This document shows, one piece after another, positions 36,133 to 52,180 of a stretch of DNA of 64,000 nt; the first letter of the stretch is position 1; every line of letters begins with the position of its first letter. The position numbers and the translations under genes were made by a program. Below the pieces are notes generated by a model. That model worked only from the letters and a program-made list of their open reading frames with translations, searched no databases and was not told the DNA's origin. This DNA comes from the human T2T-CHM13v2.0 reference genome, Homo sapiens: NCBI RefSeq assembly GCF_009914755.1, contig NC_060930.1; one strand, given 5' to 3'.

Positions 36133-39100
36133 TTACCTCCGCCCTTTGGAGGGAGCCTTCTGGGTACCCGCTGATGGGTCCTGCTTTGATGTGCTTTGAG
36201 CTTTGGTTACACTGATGAATTAAACATTTGAATGGCTTTAATCAAGTTTTAAATGTGTTAAAAAAATACCTTTCCCCCATTTTTACAAAAGAAAAGGAGA
36301 GAAGAACTCTTTGATTTAGTTATTTGCTTAGCTTGTGCTCCATTTTAGGTTAATGAACTTGCATTGTCTTTGTCTTAAAAATACTGCTAAACTGGTTGCA
36401 TTTTAGAATGTCTTGTTTTTAAAGAGGATTTGCTGGATGTGTAATACTCTTAAGAAATGCTGCCGATGCTTACCGTTTTGTGGAATATCATTCTCTGGGT
36501 TTTTCTAGATACTGCTTTATTTCTCATCAGAAAATCAGACTCTAAGCCCTTATGGCAGACAAGTATTTGTTATGTGATGGGGAACATGCGTCTTATTGAG
36601 CTGGTACAGGTAGTGCATCCATTCCTAACTAGTTACATCATCCAACAAGCGACCTTTTGATTGAAGGGTCTTTTAAATTTCTTCGGGCAGACTCCCAAGG
36701 CCTTATTTGTATCCAACACAGGTACAGCGTGTTGAAGGAAGAAAATAAACCTACACGTATTAGTCCAGCATCTGATCAACAGCAGTTTATTGGTTACCTG
36801 CTGTGTGCCAGGCACTGTACAGTGTAGCTGCCTTAGGTCGTTTTTGCTCTTCAATTTTGAACTGTTGCGTTATTCCACTTCTGAGGTCAGTTAGGAAGTC
36901 TTTGCTTGCTATCTTATGCTTGCTTGCTAACATCATTTATCACCTTCAGCTAAGGAAATGTCCTAGTTAATGAAGTTTTAAAATGCTACCCTTTTAGGAT
37001 TTTGCTCAGCATAATTAATATAAATTTAACTCCTATAAGAATTGGTTAAATATATTCTTTGGAAACAGAAGTGAATTCTTTTGATGTTTCTGTTCATTAT
37101 CCTTCTGAAAAGTAGGTGGTGCTTAGAAGGTCATAGGATAAGGGTTGCTAAGCAGCTAAACAGAAGGATGCTAAAATTAACCAAAGCATTTTTGAAAGGG
37201 AGTCATTCCCTGTTTTACATTATTTACTAGGTTTAGTTAATTTCTGAATCTTCTATGTCCTTTGACCTGGGAAGGTAGGATGTTAAAGTTTGTTTTGGTT
37301 TTGTTATTATATTTAAATAATCTCTTTCTTTTGTAAGTGTCTTTAATTGAAGTTCAGTACTCTATGACCAGCCTTGTGGTGTCAGATGGCAGCTTGTCTG
37401 GTGGACTTCTTGACTATTACCAGTGTGTTCAGGTTGAACCTTCCTGAGGATTTGTGTGTATAGTACCCTCTTATTTCTAGTATTAATAACTGATTCCATG
37501 GTTTGTTTTGGAAATTCTGCATAATCCATAAAGTTATGTCTTTTATTCCGCATGAAACAGATTTGTATTCAAAGATAGAAATGCAATTTAGTATCAGTAG
37601 AAAGTATGCAATGTAGTCTGTCCTGATAAGGGGACAATAGCTTTCTTTCCCCCTTTACTGAGATTACCATTCCCTTAGATTAGGTTTTGATAGGGCTTCT
37701 CCTCCATTTCATTCCACCTCCCTAGTGCAGTTTATTCCGCCCAGTTCATAGCTATCTTTTTAAAAATAATTATATTAGGTTCAGAGTATCTTTGGAAGGA
37801 CTGGCCAAATGTCAGAAAACAAAAATAGGTGTGATGTACATTACATTTCTGCCAAAAGTATGTTCAAGTATCTTGAAGTTTTTCATTGAGATAAAATGGT
37901 TGAAATCTAATTGAAGCCATGATGAGTAACTATCATCTCTTGGTTGAATGGTAAGCCTGTTGTAAGCCAAAAGTTTCCCTGCTTCAAGGTTAATTTCTGT
38001 ACATCTGACCTATTGAACAGGCAGTGTTGAGTCATATTTTTTATGTCCAAATATAATTAAGAAATTGATAAATGTATTTTCTTTCTGTTTCTTTTCTCTC
38101 TTTCTTTCCTGATTTAGACAGTGATTTTTGAGTAGAAGTAGCCATGGCAGTTTTCAAAGAGCAAGGGTCAGACAGTGATTTCCACAGGGGGGTGAGGGTT
38201 GCAGGGTTGCAGGTGCCTTATATCAAAGGTAAAAGGTACACCGTATGAAACCCAGAGGGAGGCATACGGTGTGCTCTCTGAAATGCATCACTTATTTTTC
38301 ATTTCCCCCACTCCCATAGAAGGCAGAATACAGAAAAGAAAACTACTGTTGTTTTCATTACTACGGAGGTAAAAGAATGAGGAAGGTGGAGAGGGGTTTT
38401 TCCTTTTTTGTTAGCAGTCCTGTCGGCAATGTCATCGACTGTGCTCCGCCCAATTTCTCTTGTCACGTTCTCTGGTGTTCAGCGTGGTCTGAACTGCAGC
38501 CGAGTGTAGCTGGGGATTGCACTCTGCCGTTGGCAGTGGCGGGTTGGGGTGAAGCGGATGGGGAGGAGGAGACTGGGAGCGATCGGTGCATCTTATTTCT
38601 GGTGGGACTTCAAGGGTACTGAAGTTAGCCAGTCTGCCCATCAGTAGAGGTGGCTGACTGTGAGTAGGTGCTTCAGACGAAAGCATGGGAGAGGGTGGAG
38701 ATTGTTTGTTCAGTGTGATTCAAGCCAGTAAAGCTAAGAGAATTCGAAAACCTCTGTGAAGTCCGGGGACTGGGTCCTGACTGCTCCTGCAGGGATTCAC
38801 CTGAGGGCTTGCAGACATCATGAGGGTGGGTGGAGAAAGAGAATGAAAACCCCCACAGGCATTGTCAGACAGCCAGAGTGAAGAGAAAACGTCTCAGTGG
38901 GGGTAATTAGATAAAGCTTTTAAATGCTCTATTTGTTTTTCTCTAGTTTGCTTGGTATTTCATCTCTTTCCCCCTTTTCAGAGACTATGGGATAGAATTG
39001 TTATGAAAGTGTCTGATACTTCTGGTGGTTTAATCACTTTAAAATTTTTCTTTTTCATTCAGATATACCTTCTAGGACTTAGTTAATTTCACCCTGCTTT

Positions 39101-39762
39101 TGTGGAGGCCTTTAGCAAAGATTCCACGTTCATGCTGAGAGGAACACTGTGGGAGTTGGGTGGGTATGTTGACCCATTTTACAGCTGCGCGGTGGTCCAC
39201 CCGGGGGCTGTTAATGAATCAAACTTGGAACCCAGAACTCCTAACTCCAGCCTAGCCCTGTAGAACAGCTGCTTTTTAGAGTCAGTTTGACCTCAGGAGG
39301 ACTTAGCAGCATTAAATATATACTGCCTATTTATCTCCATGTGTATGGTGTGTGGTTTTTAAATAAGACCAGATCCTTTTCAAAATAAACCTAATTGAGT
39401 TTGAAGGTATAAGGAAATTTTAAAAAGCACTTCTGCTCTTGGTAGCATTTCTGTTGATGAACTGTGATGACATGTATCTTTTTAGTAGCCTTTCTACCTC
39501 ATGAGATTGTTGTAAGGATAAAGTAGATGTTCCAGAAAGTCAAAATCTATAAACGGAAGAAAGTGGTATATTTTGAGCTCAGGAAGCTTTGTGGGTATCC
39601 ATTCTGGATTTCCTTTCCAGAATTTTGCACACCTCCATTACCTTAGTCAAATTTTGCCTAGGAGTTTATGTTCAGATTGGGGAAATGCAGCACTTTGTTT
39701 TTGTTTTTAGTGCTGGGAGACTAACAGGACTAGCAAATTCTTCTTAATGTGGTTCACTTAGG

Positions 39763-39954
39763 TGAGGCAGAGTCTTGCTGTCGCCCAGGATGGAGTGCAG
39801 TGGCACAATCTTGCCTGTCTGCAACCTCCACCTCCAGGGTTCAAGCGATTCTCCTGCCTCAGTCTCCTGAGCAGGTGGGACTACAGGCACACACCACCAC
39901 GCCCAGCTAATTTTTGTATTTTTAGTAGTAACAGGGTTTCACCATGTTGATCAG
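39763..39954 (-). mobile_element. Doubly truncated Alu (no tail, no 5' end)
   Basis: Internal Alu segment bounded by GGTGAGG direct repeats. Confidence 0.85.
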
Positions 39955-40013
39955 GGTGAGGGATGAGTTTTAAGGAAAAAGCTGATGACAAGCTTGGGGC
40001 TTACTCTTTGAAG

Positions 40014-40217
40014 AAGTGGTTCTCAACCTGGTGGGTTTGCCCCCAGGGGACTTTTGGCACTGTCTGGAGACATTTTTAAGTGTTTCTGGTGGGGGGGGGG
40101 CGGCAGCGGGGAGCTGCTACTGGCCTTTAGTGCATAGACCCCAAAGATGCTGTTCCACATCTTGGAGTGCACAGAACGACCCCCATACGTCAGCAGAGCT
40201 GAGGTTGAGAAAGCCTG
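40014..40217 (+). mobile_element. MER20 (hAT)
   Basis: agtggttctcaacc...tgtctggagacattttt...gaggttgagaaagcctg. Confidence 0.85.
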
Positions 40218-41449
40218 CTTGAAAGGTACGGTAGTCGTGGCCTGGGTCTCATCTACAAGTCCACTGGGTGCGCTGCCTGTATTGCATGCGATATATTTAG
40301 AAATCTGAAATTCCATAAAGCAAGTAAGCTCTTATTTGCCTCTGAGGTACCATGGTTGGCAAGTTCGAAGTTTCACAGAAAATTTGGGGTTGAGGAAAAT
40401 GTTAAGTGGCATTAAATATATTTGAAAACCCCGTAGTAAATGAAAATTCTAGAAGTCATCTACTTCTAAAACAAACTAGATTCATTGGCTTTGTGAAGCT
40501 GTTCTGGTCGATGGCTCAGCTTTCCCAGTCACCTCTTCAGTTATTTGGGAAACTTGCTCTGGTGCTGTCATCTGCAGCCTCCTTCATGTTCTAAGTTATG
40601 TGGAGTATACCTTTTTTTTTTTTTTAAGTGTTTGAACTAGCCCTTACTTGCTTAACAGTTAATGTTTTTGCATTCGTAGTCTCCCTTGTTTTATTTTCTC
40701 AAGTTTTTGCAAAATTCTTACATAACCGTCTGCCGTTTTTATAGGGCAGTGTTTCTGAGCCGGGTGCTCTGTCCATACATCTCCTCTTGAGAGGGTGGAT
40801 GGCTGCCAGCTGCTGTGGTTGGGAGGGATAGGGAGGGAGTAAGGGGATGCAGGGTAGGAGGCGGTGATTATTTTTATGTTAAGGGACCCCAGGCCTCAGA
40901 CCAGAAATGTCTAATATAGTGACAGGAGTGATCTTTTAGCCAGCAAGTGTTAACTGATCTGACCCTTGGCCTTCCCCCCCACCCCCCAGCCTATCACACA
41001 GACAGGAGGTAAGGAAACCATAGAGGGGAGAAGAAAACAGGGAGACAGAGATCGAATTCCAGAAAAGGAAGGGCTGCCAGTGGTAGGCAGAGTCACCCCT
41101 AGAGTGGCCTGGGCTCCCACTTTATAGACATGTGCAATACTTGAAGATAGCTCTTTTTACATCTAAACCAGCGGTTAGTCAGTGTCCCATTGGTGTCAGT
41201 CGCACTGATGGTGCTCAGGGCCATTGCTCTGCAGCCACCTTTGCAGTCCCATACGTGGTAACGAGTCCTGTTCCTGCAGAACGCACTCTGCGTTCTGGTG
41301 CTTTTCTGTCTTCTCCTCTAACCTATAAACTGCCAACTCCCAACTCTATATCTCCATTTACAACTTCTCCCAAGCTTGAACCTTTTGTCACCCTGATCAC
41401 CCTGCAAGTACCTTACCCTGCAGGTACTTGTAAAAATGAAAGTCCTCTC

Positions 41450-42180
41450 CCTTCCTTCTGGAAGGTGATCACCATCCACCCAGCCTTCTAGGCCAGGAGT
41501 CTTACTGCCGTCCTGACGTATGTCTGTCCTGCCCCAATGTTCGATCAGTCACCAGGCCCTCTGCAAAACCACACTCCAGTCTGGCCCTGGCATTGGCTGT
41601 TCTATCGTTTCTGACCTAAGGCCCTCATCAAGTCACAAACGCCTCCCAAGTTAATTTCCTGCCACCAGTTTCTCCTTACTGCAGTTCATCCTCCACTCTG
41701 CTGCCAGAATCATCAGAACTAAAGCCGTGCGTGGTGTTTGCCTGCTTAAAAACATCTCTTGGCTCTCTGTTGTCTACAGGAAGAAATCCAAACTCCTTAA
41801 CTTGGCATACAAGGAACTTCGTCTGCTTCCAAGCTGAATTTCTAGTCTCAGCTCTTGTCACTCTCTTCTACCCCACTGCCACACTGAATTGATTCTTACT
41901 GCCTCCTGTTGCCTGGATTGTTCATTCTGTTGCATCCCCATCCCCTTCCTTCAGCAATAAAAATTTTGTACTCTTTTTTTCAAGACCCAGCTTAAATACT
42001 ACCTCTTCTATGGAGAATTAGCTCTTCTGTTGTGAGTAACTTTTACCCCCATCTGTCAAGTCTTGTCTGTTGTAATTTATCTCTTAACATGTTTCTCTCA
42101 CTTCAAGAATATTTTCCCATCTCCTGCACCTAGAACGATTGCATAGTTGGTGCTCACTCACCACTGTGTGTTGATTTCTG
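41450..42180 (+). mobile_element. L2 fragment
   Basis: L2 3' region motifs (ctgcttaaaac...aaatccaaactcctt...caagacccagcttaaat...gcacctagaac). Confidence 0.65.
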
Positions 42181-43009
42181 ATACAAAAATGAGAGTTTCT
42201 GAAGATTTTGGAGAATAGCCACATGTAATTTGGAAGCTAAGGCCTAAATAGTGCTACAAATTCAATGAAGGAAATAGACATGAACTAACGATTTCAGCAT
42301 ACCCATCATGCAGAAGGTGGTGCTAGGTGGGAAAGAATTAAGTTCTTTGGTGGGAAAGAATTTTGAATTACAGAAATTCTAAAATAAAAGTTGGCTCAGC
42401 TTAATGTAAAAGTGAAAAAAACTCCTTGTTAATGCCTGGTTGCACTAAAAGCTGTCACACTGGGGCCTTTACTAATTATAACCATTTTTCATGGCTCTTG
42501 ATTTGAAGTTTACATTAAATAGGAGAGATGGGCACACAGATCAAAGACCAAAATCATTTCAGAGCTCCAATGTGTGGGCCCATTTTCTCTGCTTAGTTAG
42601 AGTTTTGTTTCATTAGTGGTATGAGTTAATAGGAGTGTTGGTCTGTGTATAATTTAGCTTCTCTTTTTTCCATTACTCGTAGGATTCAAAACAGAATACC
42701 AAGCCAGAAATCTACAGGGTATAAATCTTGCTTTATGTGTTTGTATGTGTCTGTGTATGTGCAGTATACACGTGGTAATAGTTGATTTTAGATCATATTT
42801 ATAAAAATAATCATTTTCACTGTTTTAAGGGAGCTCCCTTTATTCTGACACTTCAGTGTAAAAAACAAAACATTTCTCTGAATATACAAAATCAAAATCT
42901 TAATTTTCTCATAAAAGAGGTAGATATGTCTTCAGAAATAGGGGAGATAACCAGGAAGATGGGGTGGGTGTTCTGAAACACAAAGGTGAACCATGTGAAT
43001 AGGTTTCCT

Positions 43010-44553
<1,544 letters not shown>

Positions 44554-44712
44554 TCCCATGGTGTTATTATTTTTTTAACATTTACAGATTTTTATTGATT
44601 CAATACATATTTGAATATCCACTATGCAAGGCTACTGTGTTAAGCACCAAGTTTACTGGTATGGGAAAGATAGTTGAAAGCCTCGTAGAGGATATATTGC
44701 ATCAAAAGAAAT

Positions 44713-44966
44713 GGCAGGCGTGGTGGTTCACGCCTGTAATCCCAGCACTTTGGGAGACCAGCCTGGCTAGTATGGTGAAACCCCATCTTTACTAAAAACA
44801 CAAAAATTAGCTGGGCGTAGTGGCGGGCGTCTGTAATCCCAACTACTCAGGAGGCTGAGGCAGGAGAATCGCTTGAACCCTGGAGGCAGAGGTTGAATGA
44901 GCTGAGATCGTGCTACTGCGTTCCAGCTCGGGTGACAGAGCGAGACTCCATCTCAAAAAAAAAGAA
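44713..44966 (+). mobile_element. Alu with internal left-arm deletion
   Basis: ctttgggagaccagcc junction skips part of the left arm. Confidence 0.85.
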
Positions 44967-45059
44967 AAGGACACGTGTTCAGCAACTAAGAAGTCATTTT
45001 TATATACACGTGCTAAGTGCCACCAGTGTGTGGCCTTTGTGTGTGGGGGAGGAGTGAAA

Positions 45060-45620
45060 GATGCTGGGAGGCCGGTCAAGGAAGGCACCTTGTGGAAGTG
45101 ACATTTGAGCTAATAGCTGAAGGATGGGTGAGAGGAAAGAAAAAGCGTCAGAAAACGGCTTGTACAAAGACCCTGAGGTTGGAGAGAGGTGTGCGTCCAG
45201 GAAAATGAGAAAAGCACAGTGTTTGGAGGAAGACAAGACACAGAACCAGTGAATTACAGGGATGGTGCGGTAGATAAGGGCTAGAGCAGGCTGCTAGGAA
45301 CTCTGGGAAGCTACGAAAAGTGTTAGGCCAGATTAGCATGATGAGATTTGCATTTTTAAAGATTATTCCTACCCAGAGTTGAGAATAGACCTGGCTAGAA
45401 GGAAGCAACTGTTTGCCTTCTGTTTGGAAGAATGTCAGTTAGAACGCTAGTTTTTGAAACTTTGAAAACCGGTGGTGGCAGTAGAAAAAGGGAGCTTAGA
45501 AGGATTTGATAAAGGTTTAAGAGGTGGGAGGGGCTTGGCGATGAGGAAGGGTCGTGGAAGGGAGACATGACTTCCTGGTCTCTGGCTTTTGCAGCTGAGT
45601 GGATGATGATGCCTCTGACA
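45060..45620 (-). mobile_element. L2 fragment
   Basis: gtgacatttgagct...agatttgcatttttaaa...atgacttcctggtctctggc...ggatgatgatgcc. Confidence 0.6.
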
Positions 45621-45773
45621 GTGAAACGCTGGATTAGTCAGGGTTTACGAACAAGGTGTGTTCTCTACCTTTTAAAGAGCTATATTTATGTCCCCACCCC
45701 CACCCCCCGCCCGCCTTTTTTAGCTATTTCTTTACTTGCACTGTGTTTTAGTTGATTAAAAATTATGTACCTA

Positions 45774-46073
45774 GGCCGGGCGTGGTGGCTCATGCCTCTC
45801 ATCCCAGCAGTTTGGGAGGCCGAGCCGTACAGATCCCTTGAGGTCGGGAGTTTGAGACTGGCCTGGACAACAAGGTAAAAAACCCTGTATCTACAAAAAA
45901 ATACAAACCTTAGCCGGGCATGGTGGTACACACCTGTAGTCCCAGATACTCAGGAGACTGAGGTGGGAGGATCACTTGAACCCAGGAGGTTGAGGCTGCA
46001 GCGAGCTGTGATTGTGCCACTGCATTCCAGCCTGAGCAACAGGGTGAGACCCCTTCTCAAAAAGAAAAAAAAG
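45774..46073 (+). mobile_element. AluJ
   Basis: Full Alu with J-type features. Confidence 0.85.
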
Positions 46074-46279
46074 TACATGGCATGGATGAAGCATGAACAG
46101 TACTTATGTAACAGTGAGAAACAGACGTTATGTTCTTACCATTGGGGAAAAAACCAATGGCTGCCTCGTATTCTATCCTCCTTTTTCCTTTTTTTAATTT
46201 CCCGATGCTAAAAGGAACAGGAAAAATTTCTTGTAGATGGTCTGAGCTTTTGAATGATTTTTAGATGAGATGTACACCT

Positions 46280-46864
46280 ATTTTTTTTTTTTTGAGACAA
46301 GGCCTCGCTCTGTCAACAGGGTGGAGTGCAGCCTCGACCTCGTGGGCCCAAGTGATCCTCCCACCTCAGCCTCTTGAGTAGCTGGGGCTACAGGTGTGCG
46401 CCACCACGCTTGGCTAATTTTTTTTTTTTTTTTTTTTTTTTGAGACAGAGTCTTGTTCTGTCACCCAGGCTGGAGTGCTGTGGCACGATATTGGCTCACC
46501 GCAGCCTCTGCCTCCTGCGTTCAAGTGATTCTCCCTCCTGCCTCAGCCTCTCGAGTAGCTGGGATTACAGGTGCCTGCCACTACGCCTGGCTAATTTTTG
46601 TATTTTTAATAGACATGAGGTTTCACCATGTTGGCCAGGCTGGTCTCGAAGTCCCAACCTCAGGTGATCCACCCACCTCAGCCTCCCAAAGTGTTGGGAT
46701 TACAGGCGTGAGCCACTGCGCCTGGCCAGTTTTTGTATTTTTTTGTAAAGATGGGATTTTACTATGTTGCCCAGGCTGATCTCAAACTCCTGGGCTCAAG
46801 TGATCTACCCACTTTGGCCTTCCAAAATGCTGGGATTACAGGTGTGAGCTACCACACCTGGCCT
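46280..46864 (-). mobile_element. AluJ with AluS nested in its central A-rich linker (~46418-46727)
   Basis: J right arm, full S element, J left arm. Confidence 0.85.
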
Positions 46865-47864
46865 AGACCTAAATCTTAAAAGCACTGAAGTGTGTTTTAG
46901 CGATGCTTTATCTGTTTGACTTGAGCATAGGGTTCATGGGAAGAGCCTTTGGGTAGGGACCAAGCTAGGACTCTCACAGTGGCTCAAACCTTTTACTTAG
47001 GAGCATCAGAACTCATTTCATGACCTGATTTTCCAACTTATTTCTTAGTTGGAACCACATAAAGTACCTCAGTGGTCACCCGATGCCCTTAATATATTAG
47101 AGTTACATTAGTATTTTGCTTGACCTGTAATCTGTGTGAAAACATAGTTCATTCAGTCAGCAACACTTGTTGTGTATCTAATGTGTTGGGCCCTCCACTA
47201 GATCTCCTTTGGGTGCCAAAGGAGAAGATTTATTTGACCCCTTTCACAAGGAGTGGAACCTGTCCCCGTGGAGTGATTGTCTAGCTGGTATTTAAATACC
47301 TCTGGTGATGGCTGACTTGCTCCCTACCCCCAGGCAGTCCTTTGGTTTCTACTACGTTAATTAACTTTTTTTTTTTAATGGCAAACAAAATCTTTTTGGA
47401 ACAAAACCGACAGTGACGTGTTTTCCACTGAGTTGGTACACACTAGAAGCTGGAGTGCAGGTGTGCTGCCCTGCTTGATGCAATGCAGGGAGGCAGGGTG
47501 CAATCTGACCCTGAGACTTCCATCAGGGTGTGCTCCGGCCACTCAGCAAGTGGTTGTCACCTACTTAGGATTTCTGCTTCCCGAGGGAAGGTGCATGCCT
47601 CACTTGGATGCATGGCCCATCCCCTTCTGTGTGAGTTGGGTCACCAGCCTTTAAGATGGTCTCACATGAAAGTCTTATTGGGCTCCCATTTTGGATAATG
47701 CTTTTCTCTAATATCATCCGAATAACTCATCAAAACCTCAGGTGAGCATGCTCCAAAGAAGCTTCTCTTTTATAAGGTATCAACCCTGATGGATATAACC
47801 TGAACATTCCTTTGGGCCCCAGGTAGTATACTGAGGAGAACGTGAATTTCCATCTCTCTCTCAT

Positions 47865-49515
<1,651 letters not shown>

Positions 49516-50304
49516 TCATGTGATGTGTCTTAAGGGTATCTGTGATATGTCCCTTCTTCGTGTACCCAAAGGCCTGTCATCTTGCTAAGAATGCGGCATT
49601 GGGATACATGGTATAAAAATTACTTTTTCCTTAGGAAAGTGGACACTCTGCTTTAGAAAGAGAGTGTATGCATGTTTGGTCCTGTTGCGGTAGTAAGCTC
49701 TGGGACCGGGGTGGTCACCCGTCTGAGAGTTTTGTCGTTGATTTTATTTTTTGTTTAAGCAGTTCTTGATATAGATGTGGCAAACACGGTGGCCTGTGTG
49801 TTCTGAGGCTTGCTTTGTGCCTTTGTCCTTCCATTCTGCCCTGGAGAGTAGATGCTGTGTGGTCATGTGTTCCTTTTGTGGTGTGCTCAAGAAAAGGGGG
49901 GGAGTATATGTGTATTGGGGAGGCGGTGTGGTTAGCATTGGCCAAATTATTATATTTAGAGATCATGATTTATGTCATTGTTATCTTTGCAGGAAGTGGA
50001 ATTTTGGAAGGGCTCATTTGGCCAGCTTGTCTCATGGTAGCTACCAGAAGTCTCATGGTAGCTAGCATTGCCTCTTGTGTCTCTTCAGGAAACTGAGTAC
50101 ACAGAAATCCAGTCCTAAACACCAGAAACTGCAAGTGGTTATATTACAAATTAATCTGTCTAGAGTACTTTTAAATAAGTTCAACTCCCAGCATTCAAGT
50201 AACTCCATGGGACTCCATTGTTATAATTTAGTTTTCACCCTTTGTTGGTTGTTAGGCTTTTCATGTAGAAATACTCCCAGCATGGTGGCAGTAGAAGCAG
50301 CAGT

Positions 50305-50490
50305 CATAAGATCTAACATTTATTGAGCCTGTACTAGTTACCAGCCGCCTAAATTCCTTTCATGCATCATCTCATTCATTCATCACAACAATTCTCTGAC
50401 CCCATGATGTAGATGCAGTTGTTATCCCCATGATTCAGATGAGGAAATTGAGACCCAGAGAAGCAGCTAGCTAGTAGGGCTCAAACTGTG
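50305..50490 (-). mobile_element. MIR
   Basis: cagatgaggaaattgagacccagaga core; similar at ~54080-54195 and ~56870-57215. Confidence 0.7.
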
Positions 50491-51540
50491 AAGTGTGACT
50501 CTGAGCTGTGCTTCTGACCTCTGGCAGACTACCTGTCATAGAGACATGATCCATTCACCAAACAAGAACTCACTGAAAACCTGCTGTGTGCAGATCCTTC
50601 CTTGTGAGGCACATCGAGGGGAAAACTGTTCTGGCTTGTGGAAACAGCAGATTACAGCTTACCAGTGGAACAGCTTATTCTAGCTGGTATTTGACAACAT
50701 AAGCTAGATCTTCACTTCTGTGATGGTCAGAAGGGAGATTCAGTGTTTTGTGGAAGTGAGGGGTTTGCAAAAGTGGTGTTAGTACACAAACCAGGTGACT
50801 GGAATTTGGGAGCCCTTATAGAAGGGAGGTCAACAAGACACTAAAGCATAAGACTGTCAGGGAAAGACCTGGTGGAGAGGTAGGGTGAAACACTGGACAA
50901 ATTCTGCCAAGTATGGAATTGTCACCCTGTTCCCCTTGGAAAGGTTAGAGTGTAGAACAGAGATGATCTTTTGCGTGGTGGGAAATGTCCCAGAAGTGGA
51001 AGAGTGGGGCCTTGGACTCCAGGCTTCTGCTAGTCCTCCATGTGGTTAATGGGGGGGCCTCTCCTGTCTCTTGAAACCTTCCATGTGGGCACCACTTTTA
51101 ACCTCCCTGAAAGTACTCAGCCCTGTTTCAGACTCACAGGTTGCCTACTTTTGAAGAGACTCTAAGCTCTATAAGCATTTGGGAATTTAGTTTTGCATTG
51201 GGTAGGGCCAGTGCCTTGAGAACAGGTCCATTGTTGTTTTATAATAGTTTATTATTTTACATAATATGGAAACTCAAGGTTTTGCCTCAGAACTGGTATT
51301 GGGGTGATTGTAAGAGGCCCAGTGACATGTGGCAGTGCTCAAGTGTGATAGCCTCTGGGAGGTGTTGTTTCTTTGTTGTTTTACTTTTCAAGCAGGAAGA
51401 GCCGTGTGGACTGGAGGGCAATGAGAGGAGGCTGTCCTGTCTCTTAGAGTGTGTTTGGGATGGGGGTTCCCAGTGTGCCTTGCTCCTTTGTGAGGGCATC
51501 GGAGCAAGTTATGGAACTGGCAGATACTGAATTACGGTAA

Positions 51541-52180
<640 letters not shown>

